DNA of 64,000 nt from an uncultured delta proteobacterium (GTDB lineage Bacteria; Myxococcota; Myxococcia; Myxococcales; Anaeromyxobacteraceae), in contig CAWJSR010000050.1 in NCBI GenBank assembly GCA_963845515.1, positions 42,752 to 106,751 on the forward strand. The letters are read 5' to 3'. Positions 9,315 to 19,824 of this stretch are shown one piece after another. The position numbers and the translations under genes are program-made. Every line of letters begins with the position of its first letter. Positions within the stretch are counted from its first letter, which is position 1. A model generated the notes under the pieces. That model saw nothing but the letters and a program-made list of their open reading frames with translations, made no database searches and was not told the origin of the DNA.

Positions 9315-9318
9315 AATC

Positions 9319-11226
9319 CTACGCCGCCCCGAGCGCCCGCTTCACCTTGGCCAGCTCGCGGCAGGCGAGGACGATGCCCGGTGAGTCGAGGCCGCACTCG
9401 GTCCGCTGGCGGGACTGGTCGGCGTGCTCGATGAACCGGTCTGGGATGCCGAGCCGGCGCGTCTGGAGCCCTGCGGCGAGCAGGCCGCGCGCCTCTAACG
9501 CCTCCAGGCAGGCCGAGCCGAAGCCGCCCTGCAGCGCGTTCTCCTCGATCGTCACCACGCGGCCGATCCGGGCCGCGGCGTCGCAGATGAGCTCCTCGTC
9601 GAGCGGCTTCACGAAGCGCGCGTCGATCACCTCGACGGCGATCCCCTCCTTCGCGAGCTCGTCGGCTGCGGACAGCGCGGGCCGGAGCACCGTCCCCGCT
9701 GCCACCAGGAGCACCTCGGGGCTGGGACCACCGGGGCGCGCCACCCGCCCCTTGCCGAGCTGGAGCGGCTGCGGCTGGGCGTCGAGCCTCACCCCCTCCC
9801 CGGCGCCGCGCGGGAAGCGGAGCGCGCAGGGGCCGTCGTGCTGGAGGGCGGTGCGGAGCATCCGCCGGAGCTCGTTCTCGTCAGACGGCGCCATCACCAC
9901 GAGGTTGGGGACGCACCGGAGGAAGGACAGGTCGAGCACGCCGTGGTGCGTCTTGCCGTCCGCGCCGACGAGGCCACCGCGGTCGAGGACGAAGGTGACC
10001 GGCAGGTGCTGGAGCGCCACGTCGTGGACCAGCTGGTCGTACGCGCGCTGCATGAAGCCGGAGTAGATGGCGACCACCGGCCGGATCCCGTCGCAGGCGA
10101 GCCCTGCGGCGAAGGTGACGGCGTGCGGCTCGGCGATCCCGACGTCGTACGTCCGGTCTGGGAACCGCTCCTTGCAGCGGATCAGGCCGGTCCCCTCGAG
10201 CATCGCCGCGGTGATGGCGACGACCTTGTCGTCCCGCTCCATCTCCTCGCAGAGCGCCTCGGCGAAGAGGTCCGTCCAGGATCTGGACGGCCTCTTCTTC
10301 GGTTCGCCGGTGGCGACGTCGAAGAACGAGAGCCCGTGCCCCCGGGTCGCCGCGTCCGCCTCGGCCGCGTGGTAGCCCTTCCCCTTCTGCGTCATCACGT
10401 GGAAGAGGACCGGCCCGCCGAACTGCGCCAGCTTCTGGAAGGTGTCGACGAGCGCGACGACGTCGTGCCCATCGACCGGCCCGACGTAGTTGAAGCCCAG
10501 CCCCTCGAAGAGCACGCCCGGCGTCACGAGCGCCTTGGCCGCCGTGATGCCGTGCCGGATGGCGTCGATCGCCTCCGCGCCCCTGGGGACCTTCCCGAGG
10601 AACTCCTTCACCTGCTTGCGCCACCGGTTGTAGGTGCGCGAGGTGAACTTCTTGGAGAGCCACTCGCTCATCGCGCCGACGTTGGGCGAGATGGACATCT
10701 CGTTGTCGTTCAGGACGACGATCAGGTCCCGCTTGAGGTAGCCGGCCTGGTTGAGCCCCTCGAAGGCCTCGCCGCCGGTCATCGCGCCGTCGCCGATCAG
10801 CGCCACGACCTTGCCTGGCGCGTCGTTGAGCCGCTTGGCCTCGGCGAAGCCCAGCGCCGCGGAGATGGACGTGCTGGCGTGGCCGACGCCGAAGGCGTCG
10901 TGCGGCGACTCGGCCCGCTCCGGGAACCCTGCGAGGCCGCCCTCGGTCCTGATGCTGCGGAAGCGGTCGCGCCGCCCGGTGAGCAGCTTGTGGGCGTAGG
11001 CCTGGTGTCCGACGTCCCAGACCAGCTTGTCCTCCGGCGACGAGAACACGTAGTGCATCGCCACGATGATCTCGACGGCGCCGAGCGAGCTGCCGAGGTG
11101 ACCGCCGTTCCGCGCGCAGACCCCGACGATCTCGTCGCGGAGCTCGGCGCACAGCCTGGGAAGCTCCTCAACCGGGAGGCGCTTGAGGTCGTCGGGGGAG
11201 TCGATCTTGTCGAGGAGGCGGCTCAT
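9319..11226 (-). CDS. dxs: 1-deoxy-D-xylulose-5-phosphate synthase
   Basis: GGHLGSSLG, WDVGHQAYAHK, GDGAMTGG..FEGLN, DVGIAE.HAV, DG.THHG. Confidence 0.98.
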   Translation of the reverse strand: MSRLLDKIDSPDDLKRLPVEELPRLCAELRDEIVGVCARNGGHLGSSLGAVEIIVAMHYVFSSPEDKLVWDVGHQAYAHKLLTGRRDRFRSIRTEGGLAGFPERAESPHDAFGVGHASTSISAALGFAEAKRLNDAPGKVVALIGDGAMTGGEAFEGLNQAGYLKRDLIVVLNDNEMSISPNVGAMSEWLSKKFTSRTYNRWRKQVKEFLGKVPRGAEAIDAIRHGITAAKALVTPGVLFEGLGFNYVGPVDGHDVVALVDTFQKLAQFGGPVLFHVMTQKGKGYHAAEADAATRGHGLSFFDVATGEPKKRPSRSWTDLFAEALCEEMERDDKVVAITAAMLEGTGLIRCKERFPDRTYDVGIAEPHAVTFAAGLACDGIRPVVAIYSGFMQRAYDQLVHDVALQHLPVTFVLDRGGLVGADGKTHHGVLDLSFLRCVPNLVVMAPSDENELRRMLRTALQHDGPCALRFPRGAGEGVRLDAQPQPLQLGKGRVARPGGPSPEVLLVAAGTVLRPALSAADELAKEGIAVEVIDARFVKPLDEELICDAAARIGRVVTIEENALQGGFGSACLEALEARGLLAAGLQTRRLGIPDRFIEHADQSRQRTECGLDSPGIVLACRELAKVKRALGAA

Positions 11227-11277
11227 CGTTCGGTCCATTCTAGTCTCGTCGCGCCCCGGCGGAGCAGGTCGGTCGGC

Positions 11278-12162
11278 CTACTTCTTCCGGGCGAGGATGT
11301 AGCTGGAGAGCGCTCGCAGCGGCGCCGCCTTCTCGCCGAGCGGCGCCACTGCCTCGAGCGCCCGGCCGAGGAGCGCGCCGGCACGACGGCGGGACTCGTC
11401 GACGCCCACGATCGCCGGGATCGTCGACTTCCCCTGGGCGACGTCCTTCCCCGGAGTCTTCCCCAGCGTGGCGGCGTCCGCGGTGAGGTCGAGGAGGTCG
11501 TCCGCGATCTGGAACGCGAGGCCGAGGTCGAGGCCGATCGGATAGACCTCCTCGGCGCTGGCGCCGGCGCACAGCGCCCCGCCCGCCACCGACGCAGCCA
11601 GGAGGGCGCCGGTCTTGGCGCGCATCAGCTCGATCACCGCCGCCTCGTCGAGCCGCGCGTTGTTGCCGGCCATGTCGCGGGCCTGCCCCTCGACCATGAG
11701 CCAGGCGTTCTCGGCGAGGAGCCTCCCGAGCGGCGCCGCCCGGACGTCGTCGCAGGCGAGCAGGTGCTTGAAGGCGAGCGACTGGAGCCCATCTCCCACC
11801 AGGACCGCGGTGGCCTCGTCGAAGGCCTTGTGGACCGTCGGCCGCCCGCGCCGAAGGTCGTCGTCGTCCATGCTCGGCAGGTCGTCGTGGACGAGCGAGT
11901 AGGTGTGGACGCACTCCATGGCCACCGCGAAGCGCATCGCCAGCGAGCCGTCCGAGACGTCGCCGCCCCAGGCCTCGCAAGCCGCCAGGACGAGCGCCGG
12001 ACGCATCCGCTTCCCGCCGCCCATGAGCGCGTACCGCGTCGCCGCGAGCAGCCGCGACGGACCGCGACCGAGCCGCTCGTCCGCCAGCTGGCCGAGCTGC
12101 ACCTCGACCCGCTGGGCGACCGCCCGAAGGTAGGGCTCGACGGGAAAGTCCGATGGTTCCAC
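11278..12162 (-). CDS. ispA: Farnesyl diphosphate synthase (geranyltranstransferase)
   Basis: GGKRMRP, SLVHDDLPSMDDDDLRRG, FQIADDLLD. Confidence 0.95.
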   Translation of the reverse strand: MEPSDFPVEPYLRAVAQRVEVQLGQLADERLGRGPSRLLAATRYALMGGGKRMRPALVLAACEAWGGDVSDGSLAMRFAVAMECVHTYSLVHDDLPSMDDDDLRRGRPTVHKAFDEATAVLVGDGLQSLAFKHLLACDDVRAAPLGRLLAENAWLMVEGQARDMAGNNARLDEAAVIELMRAKTGALLAASVAGGALCAGASAEEVYPIGLDLGLAFQIADDLLDLTADAATLGKTPGKDVAQGKSTIPAIVGVDESRRRAGALLGRALEAVAPLGEKAAPLRALSSYILARKK

Positions 12163-12236
12163 GGCGGCCTCCTTCTAGCACCGCCGCCCCCCGGGTAACC
12201 AGAGGCTCGGGTGCCGGGCGGCGCGCCGGCGATGGC

Positions 12237-12650
12237 TCAGGTCGCCGCCGGCCGCCGGCTCGCGAGGATCTCGCGGATCCGCTCCACGAGCCGCTCCATG
12301 TCGAGCGGCTTCGCGAAGTAATCGATTGCGCCCGCGGCGCGGCCTGCCCGCTCGTCCTCGTCGCTCTTCCGGGCCGAGATGAAGACGACCGGGATGTCCG
12401 TGAAGCTCGGGTTCTGCTTGATCGCGCGGCAGAGCTCGAAGCCGTCGATCCAGCTCATCATGATGTCGAGCAGGATCAGGTCCGGCCTGTCCACGTGCAT
12501 CGCCGAGATGAGCCGCAGCCCGTTGGCCGCCGTCCGCACCTCGAACCCCTCCAGGTCGAGCGCCAAGGTCAGCATCTCGCGGGTGTCACGATCGTCGTCG
12601 ACGATGATGATCTGGGGCCGCGCAGGGGGACCGCTCTCAGCGTCCGCCAT
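12237..12650 (-). CDS. Single-domain response regulator
   Basis: [26 protein letters not shown]. Confidence 0.92.
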   Translation of the reverse strand: MADAESGPPARPQIIIVDDDRDTREMLTLALDLEGFEVRTAANGLRLISAMHVDRPDLILLDIMMSWIDGFELCRAIKQNPSFTDIPVVFISARKSDEDERAGRAAGAIDYFAKPLDMERLVERIREILASRRPAAT

Positions 12651-12942
12651 CGCCGGCTCCCTTGCCCTGCCCGGGGTCGAAAGGGGCGACGTCGTCCTCG
12701 CCGGAGGCCGCCTTCACGAGCTGCTCCACGCGCCGCTCCGCGTCGTCGAGACGGCGGGCAGCGTCGCGAACGAGCCTCATCCCCTCGGCGAACTTCTCGA
12801 TCGACTGCTCGAGGGTGAGCCCGCCCGACTCCAGCTCGCCCACCACCTGCTCGAGCCGCTCCACCACCTTGTCGTAAGGCTCCGGCGCGGCCTCGGCCGC
12901 CTTGCCGCCGCCACGCTCGCCCTGCTCGCCCTGCCGCGCCAT
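12637..12942 (-). CDS. xseB: Exodeoxyribonuclease VII small subunit
   Basis: [24 protein letters not shown].....L..AE.RV; follows xseA. Confidence 0.93.
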   Translation of the reverse strand: MARQGEQGERGGGKAAEAAPEPYDKVVERLEQVVGELESGGLTLEQSIEKFAEGMRLVRDAARRLDDAERRVEQLVKAASGEDDVAPFDPGQGKGAGDGGR

Positions 12943-14414
12943 CAGTGCTCGCCTCCGTTCCGCTTCATTACTGTCGGGGGGGCGGATGGGTCAACGCCCC
13001 CGGTGGCCGGATCCGCTCCCCTCGCGCCGTAAGGCAGCGGATCCTGGCCGGCGTCCCGTGCCAGCACCGACGCGTCGAGCCAGCCCTCGCCGAGCGCGAT
13101 CCGCACCGGGTCGGCAGGGCGGACGTCCCCGCTCCTGGTCACGACCCTGCCGCCGGCCAGGACGAGCGCGAACCCTCGCGACAGCAGGCGGGCGACGTTG
13201 GCCGGCGCCAGCCGCCCGCCCAGCCGCTCCAGCCGCAGCCGCTCCCGCGGCAGCGCGGCCGGCCACGCCTCCAGCCTGCGCGCCGCCGCGTCTGCTCGCT
13301 GGCGCAGCCCCCGCAGCCGGGCGCGCGGCTCGCACCGCGCCAGCCGCCCGCGCAGGAGGTCGACCGCGCCTCTAGCGCGCCGCAGCGGATCCCGCGCGCC
13401 GCCCTCCACGCGGTGGAGCAGGTCGTCGAGGCGATGCCGCTCGCGCGCCATCGCGTGTCCGGGGTCCCCCAGCTCGGCGCGCAGCGCGCGCAGCTCGCGG
13501 CGCCGGCCACCGACGGCCCCTTCGGCCGCGCGCTCCAGCCGTCCGCGCAGGACGGACAGCGTCCCCTCGAGCTCGGCCTTCTCCGGGATCACGAGCTGCG
13601 CGGCGTGCGTGGGGGTCGCGGCGCGGACGTCGGCGACGAGGTCGCAGACGGTGACGTCCACCTCGTGCCCGACCGCCGACACCACCGGGACCGGACAGGC
13701 GGCCAGGACGCGCGCGAGCCGCTCGTCGTTGAACTCCCCGAGGTCCTCCGCGGACCCGCCGCCGCGCGTGATGACGATGACGTCCACGCCGCGTGCCGCC
13801 AGCGCGCGCACGGCCGAGACGACGGTCGCCGCCGCCCCCTCCCCCTGCACGCGGCACGGGGCGATGAGCACCTGGGCATTCCCGAAGCGCCTGAGCACCA
13901 CGTGGAGGAAGTCTCGCAGGGCGGCGCCGGTGGGGCTGGTGGCGACGCCGATCCGCCTCGGCAGGAATGGCAGCGGGCGCTTGCGAGCTGGATCGAGCAG
14001 CCCGTCCTTCTGGAGCCGCTCCTTCACCTGCGCCAGGAGGAGCGCCTGGGCGCCGGCGCCCCGCGGCTCGACCTCCTGGACGATGAGCTGGTACTTGCCG
14101 TGCGGCGGGTAGATCTCCACGAAGCCGCGCGTCACGACCTCCAGCCCCTCGGAGAGATCGAAGGGGACGCGGCGCGCCTGCGAGGACCAGAGCGCGCACG
14201 GGATCACCGCCTCGTCGTCCTTGAGCGTGAAGTAGACGTGGCCGCTCGCCTGCCGCCGCAGGTTCCCCACCTCGCCCGAGACCCAGACGTCACGGAACTT
14301 CGGCTCGATCGCCGCCCTCAGCGCGCGGGTGAGCTCCCCGACGCTCATGGGGCGAGGAGCGGCCCGGGCGAAGAGGTCGCCGGTGACCGGTGGAGGGGGT
14401 CGGGTTCGTGCCAT
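12942..14414 (-). CDS. xseA: Exodeoxyribonuclease VII large subunit
   Basis: VWVSGEV.N...SGHVYFTLKD, TSPTGAALRD, RGGGS.EDL..FN, SAVGHE.D, TPT.AA. Confidence 0.97.
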   Translation of the reverse strand: MARTRPPPPVTGDLFARAAPRPMSVGELTRALRAAIEPKFRDVWVSGEVGNLRRQASGHVYFTLKDDEAVIPCALWSSQARRVPFDLSEGLEVVTRGFVEIYPPHGKYQLIVQEVEPRGAGAQALLLAQVKERLQKDGLLDPARKRPLPFLPRRIGVATSPTGAALRDFLHVVLRRFGNAQVLIAPCRVQGEGAAATVVSAVRALAARGVDVIVITRGGGSAEDLGEFNDERLARVLAACPVPVVSAVGHEVDVTVCDLVADVRAATPTHAAQLVIPEKAELEGTLSVLRGRLERAAEGAVGGRRRELRALRAELGDPGHAMARERHRLDDLLHRVEGGARDPLRRARGAVDLLRGRLARCEPRARLRGLRQRADAAARRLEAWPAALPRERLRLERLGGRLAPANVARLLSRGFALVLAGGRVVTRSGDVRPADPVRIALGEGWLDASVLARDAGQDPLPYGARGADPATGGVDPSAPPTVMKRNGGEH

Positions 14415-14494
14415 CGCCTCGACATCATAGCCCCCCGGCACCACGGCGCCCGCCGCTGCTGGCGGACGGTGACTTCCTGCCGCCCGGAAGTAGA

Positions 14495-16369
14495 ATGCGC
14501 GCCGTGCGCCGCGTCCTGATCGTCGAACCTCACCCGCCCACCAGCGAGTACGTCTGCCGGGCCATCTCGGAGGCGGGGTTCGAGGCGATCCCGACGCAGG
14601 GCGCCGACGCGTGGGAGGCGTTCGCGGCGCGGCGCCCCGAGCTGGTCGTCTTCGCCTCCGACGAGCCGCTCGCCGCCGCGCTCTCGCAGCGCATGCGCGA
14701 GGCCGACCCGCGCGTCCTCGTGCTGGTCGCCGACAGGGAGCACCTCGGGAAGGCGCGCGGCCTCAAGGCCTGCGTGCCGATCAAGGCCAACGCCTACGTC
14801 GCCGATCCCACGCGCAAGGAGCTGGTCGAGAAGCTCCGGCTGCTCTCGCAGGCGGCGCCCCGGCCGCGCCTCCGCGGAGCGCCGCTCGTCCTGTCCCGGC
14901 AGCCCAGCGCGCAGGGCGAGATCAAGGCCGGCGTCGTCCCCCGCCTGCTGCACCAGGTCTGGCGGGCGATGTCCGAGGGGGTGCTCGTCCTGTCGGAGGG
15001 TGGGGCCGAGGAGCGCTTCTTCTTCCTGCGTGGCGTGCCGGTTGCCTACGACTCCGACGACCCCACCGACTCGCTGCTCCGCCGGCTCTTCGAGTCCGGC
15101 CGGATGGATCTCGCCACGCACCAGGCGGCCCTGGATGCGCAGGCGAGCGGCCTCTCCCCCGGCGCAGCGCTCATCGCCGCGGGCGTCCTCGACCCCGGCG
15201 AACCGCTCACCGCCGCGCTGCGCGCCCACGTGAAGGCGATGGCGCTCCGCGCCACCGGCATGAAGAAGGGGCGCTGGCGCTTCCACGACGGCGCCGAGTT
15301 CGCCGGCCAGGTGCAGCCCGCCGAGATCCTCCCACTGCAGGCGATCCTAGAGGGGTCGCGGCTCCACCTGCCGGTCAAGCACTTCTCCGATGCGCTGAAG
15401 CAGGTCTCCGGCGCCTACCCTTCGCGGACCGGAGACTTCCAGCAGCTCCTGCCCGCCTGCGCGCTCGGGAGCGCCGATCTGCGGCTCGCGCTCGCGCTCG
15501 ACGGGCGCTCGACGACCACCGAGTACCTGGAGTCCAGGAAGGGCGAGCTGAAGGACGCGCTGGGACTCCTGTGGTTCCTCTCCATGATCGGCGCGGTCGC
15601 CTTCCACGAGGCCCCGGCGGAGTCCCCCGCCTCGGGCCGCTACGGTGACGCCCCGCCGCGAAGGAAGAAGCCGCTCCCACCCGACCGCGCGGAGGCCATC
15701 CGGCAGGCAGCCCTCCAGATCGTCCCCGGGACGCACCTGCACGCCCTCGGCGTCGACATCGCCGCCACGACTGCAGACGTCGAGCGGGCCTACACGGAGG
15801 TGGCGAGCCGGTTCCACCCGGACGGCTTCGCGGAGTACGAGGTCGGCGATCTCGAGGACCTGCTCACCGCCATCCAGGGGAAGGTCACCGCGGCCTACCG
15901 GGTGCTGGGCGACGACGAGAAGCGGCGCGGGTACCTCGCCTTCCTGCTCCTGCAGTTCGAGCTCTCCGGCGCGCGCCGGCCCGGAATCGACCTGGACGCG
16001 GAGATCGCCCTGAAGCGCGGGGAGAAGGCGCTCCGCGCGCACCGCTTGGCCGAGGCCATCAACGCGTTCCGCGAAGCCGTGGAGCGCAACCCGAAGGAGC
16101 CCGAGTACCTGGCGATGCTGGCGTTCGCCAGCCTGCACGACCCGGTGCTGCCCCCCGGGCACCGCGCGGACGAGGCACGGAAGGCGGCGAAGCGGGCGCT
16201 GGCGATCACCCCGGACCACGCCCGCGCCATGTCGGTCCTGGCGCTCGCGGAGGAGGCGCGCGGCAACGTGAGCGACGCCCGCCGGATCGTGCTCGACGCC
16301 CTGCACGCCCACCCGGACAACGAGGTCGCGAAGGCGGTCCTGCACCGGCTGAACACGGTGCGGAGGTAG
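14495..16369 (+). CDS. Multidomain protein: degenerate receiver, DUF4388-like, J domain, TPR
   Basis: N-terminal RVLIVE receiver fold; G.L.L......FF.RG.P segment; ASRFHPD...AAYRVL.D..KR J domain; C-terminal TPRs. Confidence 0.8.
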   Translation: MRAVRRVLIVEPHPPTSEYVCRAISEAGFEAIPTQGADAWEAFAARRPELVVFASDEPLAAALSQRMREADPRVLVLVADREHLGKARGLKACVPIKANAYVADPTRKELVEKLRLLSQAAPRPRLRGAPLVLSRQPSAQGEIKAGVVPRLLHQVWRAMSEGVLVLSEGGAEERFFFLRGVPVAYDSDDPTDSLLRRLFESGRMDLATHQAALDAQASGLSPGAALIAAGVLDPGEPLTAALRAHVKAMALRATGMKKGRWRFHDGAEFAGQVQPAEILPLQAILEGSRLHLPVKHFSDALKQVSGAYPSRTGDFQQLLPACALGSADLRLALALDGRSTTTEYLESRKGELKDALGLLWFLSMIGAVAFHEAPAESPASGRYGDAPPRRKKPLPPDRAEAIRQAALQIVPGTHLHALGVDIAATTADVERAYTEVASRFHPDGFAEYEVGDLEDLLTAIQGKVTAAYRVLGDDEKRRGYLAFLLLQFELSGARRPGIDLDAEIALKRGEKALRAHRLAEAINAFREAVERNPKEPEYLAMLAFASLHDPVLPPGHRADEARKAAKRALAITPDHARAMSVLALAEEARGNVSDARRIVLDALHAHPDNEVAKAVLHRLNTVRR

Positions 16370-16381
16370 GCCGAGAGGCTC

Positions 16382-17317
16382 CTACCCCGCCGCCCGAACG
16401 ATCTCGGCCAGCGCCTTCACGAAGGAGGGCCTGGCGCCGAGCGCCGGGACTCGCCGGTACGCGACGGCCCCGGCCTTCAGCGCCGCGTCCTTCGCGAGGA
16501 TGTCCATGTCGTAGAGCGTCTCGAGGTGCTCCGACACGAACGCGACCGGCACGGTCACGATCGCGCGCCCCTGCGCGTTGGCGGCGAGGAACTCGTTGGT
16601 GTCCGGCCCCAGCCACTTCACCGGCCCGACGCGGCTCTGGTAGGTCAGGCGCCAGTCGGCGACGCCGGCGCGCCTCGCGGTCTCCCGCGCGGAGGCCTCG
16701 ACCTGGTCCGGGTACGGATTGCCCTTCCGCACCTGGCTCATCGGCAGGCCGTGGGCGCTGAAGACCACGAGCGCCTTCTCTCGCTCCCCCGGCGCCAGCC
16801 CGGCGAGCGTCTCGCGCAGCGCCTCCGCCGACGCCTCCAGGTAGCCGGCGTGAGCGTGCCACTCGCGGACCTCCGCCAGCGGCCTCCCCGCCGGCCAGAG
16901 CCGCCTCAGCTCGAGGAGCGAACTGAGCGTCGTCGCGTTGGAGTACTGCGGGTAGAGCGGCAGCGCCACGGCACGCTCCGCGCCGGCGGCGAGCGCGTCG
17001 CGCACCCCCTCTGCGGTGCTGGGGTGGCCGGCGCGCATCGCCAGGTGGACGGTGTACCCGTCGCCCAGCACCGCGGAGAGGGCGCGGCCCTGCTTCTCGG
17101 TCTCCTCGACCAGCGGGGACCGCCCGCCGATGAGCCCGTACTTCTCGGCCGACGACGGGGCGCGGAAGTGGCTGATGAGCTTCGCGAAGAGCGGCCGGAA
17201 GGGGCCGAAGGGAGCCGAGATGAGGAGCGGGTCGGAGAAGAGCTCGTAGAGGTAGGGCTCCACCTCTTCGAGGTTGCGGGGACCGCCGAGGTTGAGGAGG
17301 AAGACGGCGGTGGCCAC
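16382..17317 (-). CDS. hemH: Ferrochelatase
   Basis: LLNLGGP, GGRSPL, LPLYPQYS..T, FSAHGLP, YQSRVGP..WL.P, FVSEHLETL. Confidence 0.96.
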   Translation of the reverse strand: MATAVFLLNLGGPRNLEEVEPYLYELFSDPLLISAPFGPFRPLFAKLISHFRAPSSAEKYGLIGGRSPLVEETEKQGRALSAVLGDGYTVHLAMRAGHPSTAEGVRDALAAGAERAVALPLYPQYSNATTLSSLLELRRLWPAGRPLAEVREWHAHAGYLEASAEALRETLAGLAPGEREKALVVFSAHGLPMSQVRKGNPYPDQVEASARETARRAGVADWRLTYQSRVGPVKWLGPDTNEFLAANAQGRAIVTVPVAFVSEHLETLYDMDILAKDAALKAGAVAYRRVPALGARPSFVKALAEIVRAAG

Positions 17318-17319
17318 GA

Positions 17320-18696
17320 TCAGACCGTCCGCGAGAACTGCGTCTTGGCGCCTTCCTTCTTGAGGTAGGCGTCGAAGAGCATGGCGACGTTGCGGACGAG
17401 CAGCTGGCCGAGCGGCGTCACGCGCAGGATCTGGCCGTCGAAGGTGACGAGGCCGTCGTCCTGCAGCTCCTTCACCCCCGCCTTGAGGTCGGTCTCGATG
17501 GCGCCGGCGGCCGCCCCGCCGAACTTCATGCCGACCTCGGCGAGATCGAGCTTCAGCAGGCACATGACCCGGTTGATGACGAAGCGCCGGAGCACGTCCT
17601 CGTCGGTGACCGCGATCCCCTTCGACACGGGGATGCTGCCCGCGCCCACGAGGGCCTCCCAGTCCTTGAGCCTGTGGGCGTTCTGCGCGTAGCAGCCGCC
17701 CAGGTCCGAGATCGAGGTCATGCCGAAGGCGATGGTGTCGTCGGCGGGACGCACCGTGTAGCCTTGGAAGTTGCGCGTGAGCACGCCCGCGTCCTGCGCG
17801 CGCGCCAGCTCGTCGCTCTCCAGCGCGAAGTGGTCGAGGCCGATGAGCCGGTAGCCGCTGCTGGTGAAGCTCTCGACCGCGGAGAGGAAGAGCTCGACGC
17901 GCTGCTCGATCTTCGGCAGCGCCTCCTGCGGCAGGAGCCGCTGGTGCGGCTTGGACCAGGGGACGTAGGCGAAGCCGAAGACCGCCATCCGGTCGGGATG
18001 CAGGGCGACGATCCGCGCCAGCGTCGACCTCCAGGTGTCGGGGGTCTGGTAGGGCAGGCCGTAGATGAGGTCGAGGTTCACGCCCTTGAAGCCGGCCTTC
18101 CGGGCGCTCTCGACGAGCTCGGCCGTCTCCTTCTCCCCCTGGATGCGGCCGACCACCTCCTGCACCTTCGCGTCGAAGTCCTGCACCCCCATCGAGATCC
18201 GGTTGAAGCCGAGCCCAGCGAGCACCTCGATCTGCGACTTGCGGGTGATGGCCGGGTCGATCTCGATCGCCTTCTCGGCGTCGGCGGCGAACTGGAAATG
18301 GCGCGCGATGATGGCGTGGCAGCGGGCGAGCTGCTTCTCGTCGAGGAAGGTCGGCGTGCCCCCGCCCCAGTGGAGCTGCGTCACCGTCCGGCGGTGCGGC
18401 AGCTTCGCCGCCACCAGCGCGACCTCCTTCTCGAGCACGTCGAGGTAGGCGTCGGCGCGCGAGACGTCATGGGTGGCGATGACGTTGCAGCCGCAGAACC
18501 GGCACATCTCCTTGCAGAACGGGAGGTGCACGTAGATCGAGAGCGGGCCGGGCTGCACGTCCGCCCGGGCGAGGTGCAGCTCGAAGCGGTCCGCCCCGAA
18601 GTCGTCCTTCCACTCCGGCGCGGTCGGGTAGCTCGTGTAGCGCGGACCCGGCCGGTCGTACTTCCTGATGAGCTCCGAGGACGGAATCTGGATCAC
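17320..18696 (-). CDS. hemN: Oxygen-independent coproporphyrinogen III oxidase
   Basis: GPRYTSYPTA, radical SAM YVHLPFC...C.FCGC, GGGTPT, RNFQGY. Confidence 0.97.
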   Translation of the reverse strand: MIQIPSSELIRKYDRPGPRYTSYPTAPEWKDDFGADRFELHLARADVQPGPLSIYVHLPFCKEMCRFCGCNVIATHDVSRADAYLDVLEKEVALVAAKLPHRRTVTQLHWGGGTPTFLDEKQLARCHAIIARHFQFAADAEKAIEIDPAITRKSQIEVLAGLGFNRISMGVQDFDAKVQEVVGRIQGEKETAELVESARKAGFKGVNLDLIYGLPYQTPDTWRSTLARIVALHPDRMAVFGFAYVPWSKPHQRLLPQEALPKIEQRVELFLSAVESFTSSGYRLIGLDHFALESDELARAQDAGVLTRNFQGYTVRPADDTIAFGMTSISDLGGCYAQNAHRLKDWEALVGAGSIPVSKGIAVTDEDVLRRFVINRVMCLLKLDLAEVGMKFGGAAAGAIETDLKAGVKELQDDGLVTFDGQILRVTPLGQLLVRNVAMLFDAYLKKEGAKTQFSRTV

Positions 18697-18708
18697 GCGC
18701 GCTCCTTC

Positions 18709-19755
18709 TCAGACCTTCAGCGCCTGCACCGCCTCGACCACGGCCTTCACCCGGGCTGGATCGGTCCCGGGCTGGATCCCGTGGCCGAGGTTGAAGATGT
18801 AGCCGGGAGCGGTCGCCCCCGCCCGGGCAACCTGGACGGCGCGCTCCACCGCGACCTCGGTCGGGCCGAAGAGGATGGTCGAGTCGTAGTTCCCCTGGAC
18901 GGCGACGTCGGGGATGCGCGCCCGGACCTCCTGGATCGGCGTGCGCCAGTCGACCGAGATCACGTCGAAGCCGAGCCCCGCCATCTTCTCGACGTGGCCG
19001 GTCGTCCCGGTGGAGAAGATGATGGAGGGGACGCCGGTCTTCCTGATGGCGGCCGCGATCTTCGCGAGGTAGGGGAAGCTGAACTCCTCGAGGTCCTCCC
19101 TCGCCAGCTCGCCGAGCCAGCTCTCGAAGACCTGCGCCGCGTGGGCGCCGGCGGCGATCTGCTCCTCGATCTGGACGATGGCCGCCTGGGTGAGCTTCTC
19201 GAAGAGGGCGTGGGCCGTCTTCGGGTCTGCGTAGAGCATCGTCTTGAGCCGCGTGAACCCCTGGCTCCCGCCCTCGACGGCATAGCTCGCGACGGTGAAG
19301 GGGCCGCCGACGAAGCCGATGAGCGGCACGCGGCCGGCGAGGCCGGCGTTGATGGCCCGGACCCCGTCGAGGACGTACGGGAGGTCCTTCTTCGGCTCCG
19401 GCACGCGGAGCGCGTCCACGTCGGCGCGCGTGCGGACCGGGTTCGCGATCTTCGGCCCCCCGTCCCCCTTCCCCTTCTCACCCTTCTCGAACGAGAGGTC
19501 GAGCCCCATCGCCGGGAGGTGGACGAGGATGTCGGAGAAGAGGATCGCGGCGTCGAAGCCGATCTCGTCGATCGGCGCGATCGTCACCTGGGCGATCAGC
19601 TCCGGGGAGCGGCAGAGCTCCAGGAAGCCCACGTTCTGCCTGACGGCGCGATAGCTCGGCTGGTATCGGCCGGCCTGGCGCATCATCCAGACGGGGAGGC
19701 GGTCGACGGGCTGGCGGCGGCAGGCGCGGAGGAACCGATGGTCTTGTATGGTCAT
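18709..19755 (-). CDS. hemE: Uroporphyrinogen decarboxylase
   Basis: PVWMMRQAGRY, DAAILFSDIL, IFNLGHGI. Confidence 0.97.
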   Translation of the reverse strand: MTIQDHRFLRACRRQPVDRLPVWMMRQAGRYQPSYRAVRQNVGFLELCRSPELIAQVTIAPIDEIGFDAAILFSDILVHLPAMGLDLSFEKGEKGKGDGGPKIANPVRTRADVDALRVPEPKKDLPYVLDGVRAINAGLAGRVPLIGFVGGPFTVASYAVEGGSQGFTRLKTMLYADPKTAHALFEKLTQAAIVQIEEQIAAGAHAAQVFESWLGELAREDLEEFSFPYLAKIAAAIRKTGVPSIIFSTGTTGHVEKMAGLGFDVISVDWRTPIQEVRARIPDVAVQGNYDSTILFGPTEVAVERAVQVARAGATAPGYIFNLGHGIQPGTDPARVKAVVEAVQALKV

Positions 19756-19824
19756 GGAGGGGGTCGGATATTAGTCGAAGTGACGGTCGTGCAACACCTG
19801 CAAGCGCAGGGCGCGCTCCCCTCG

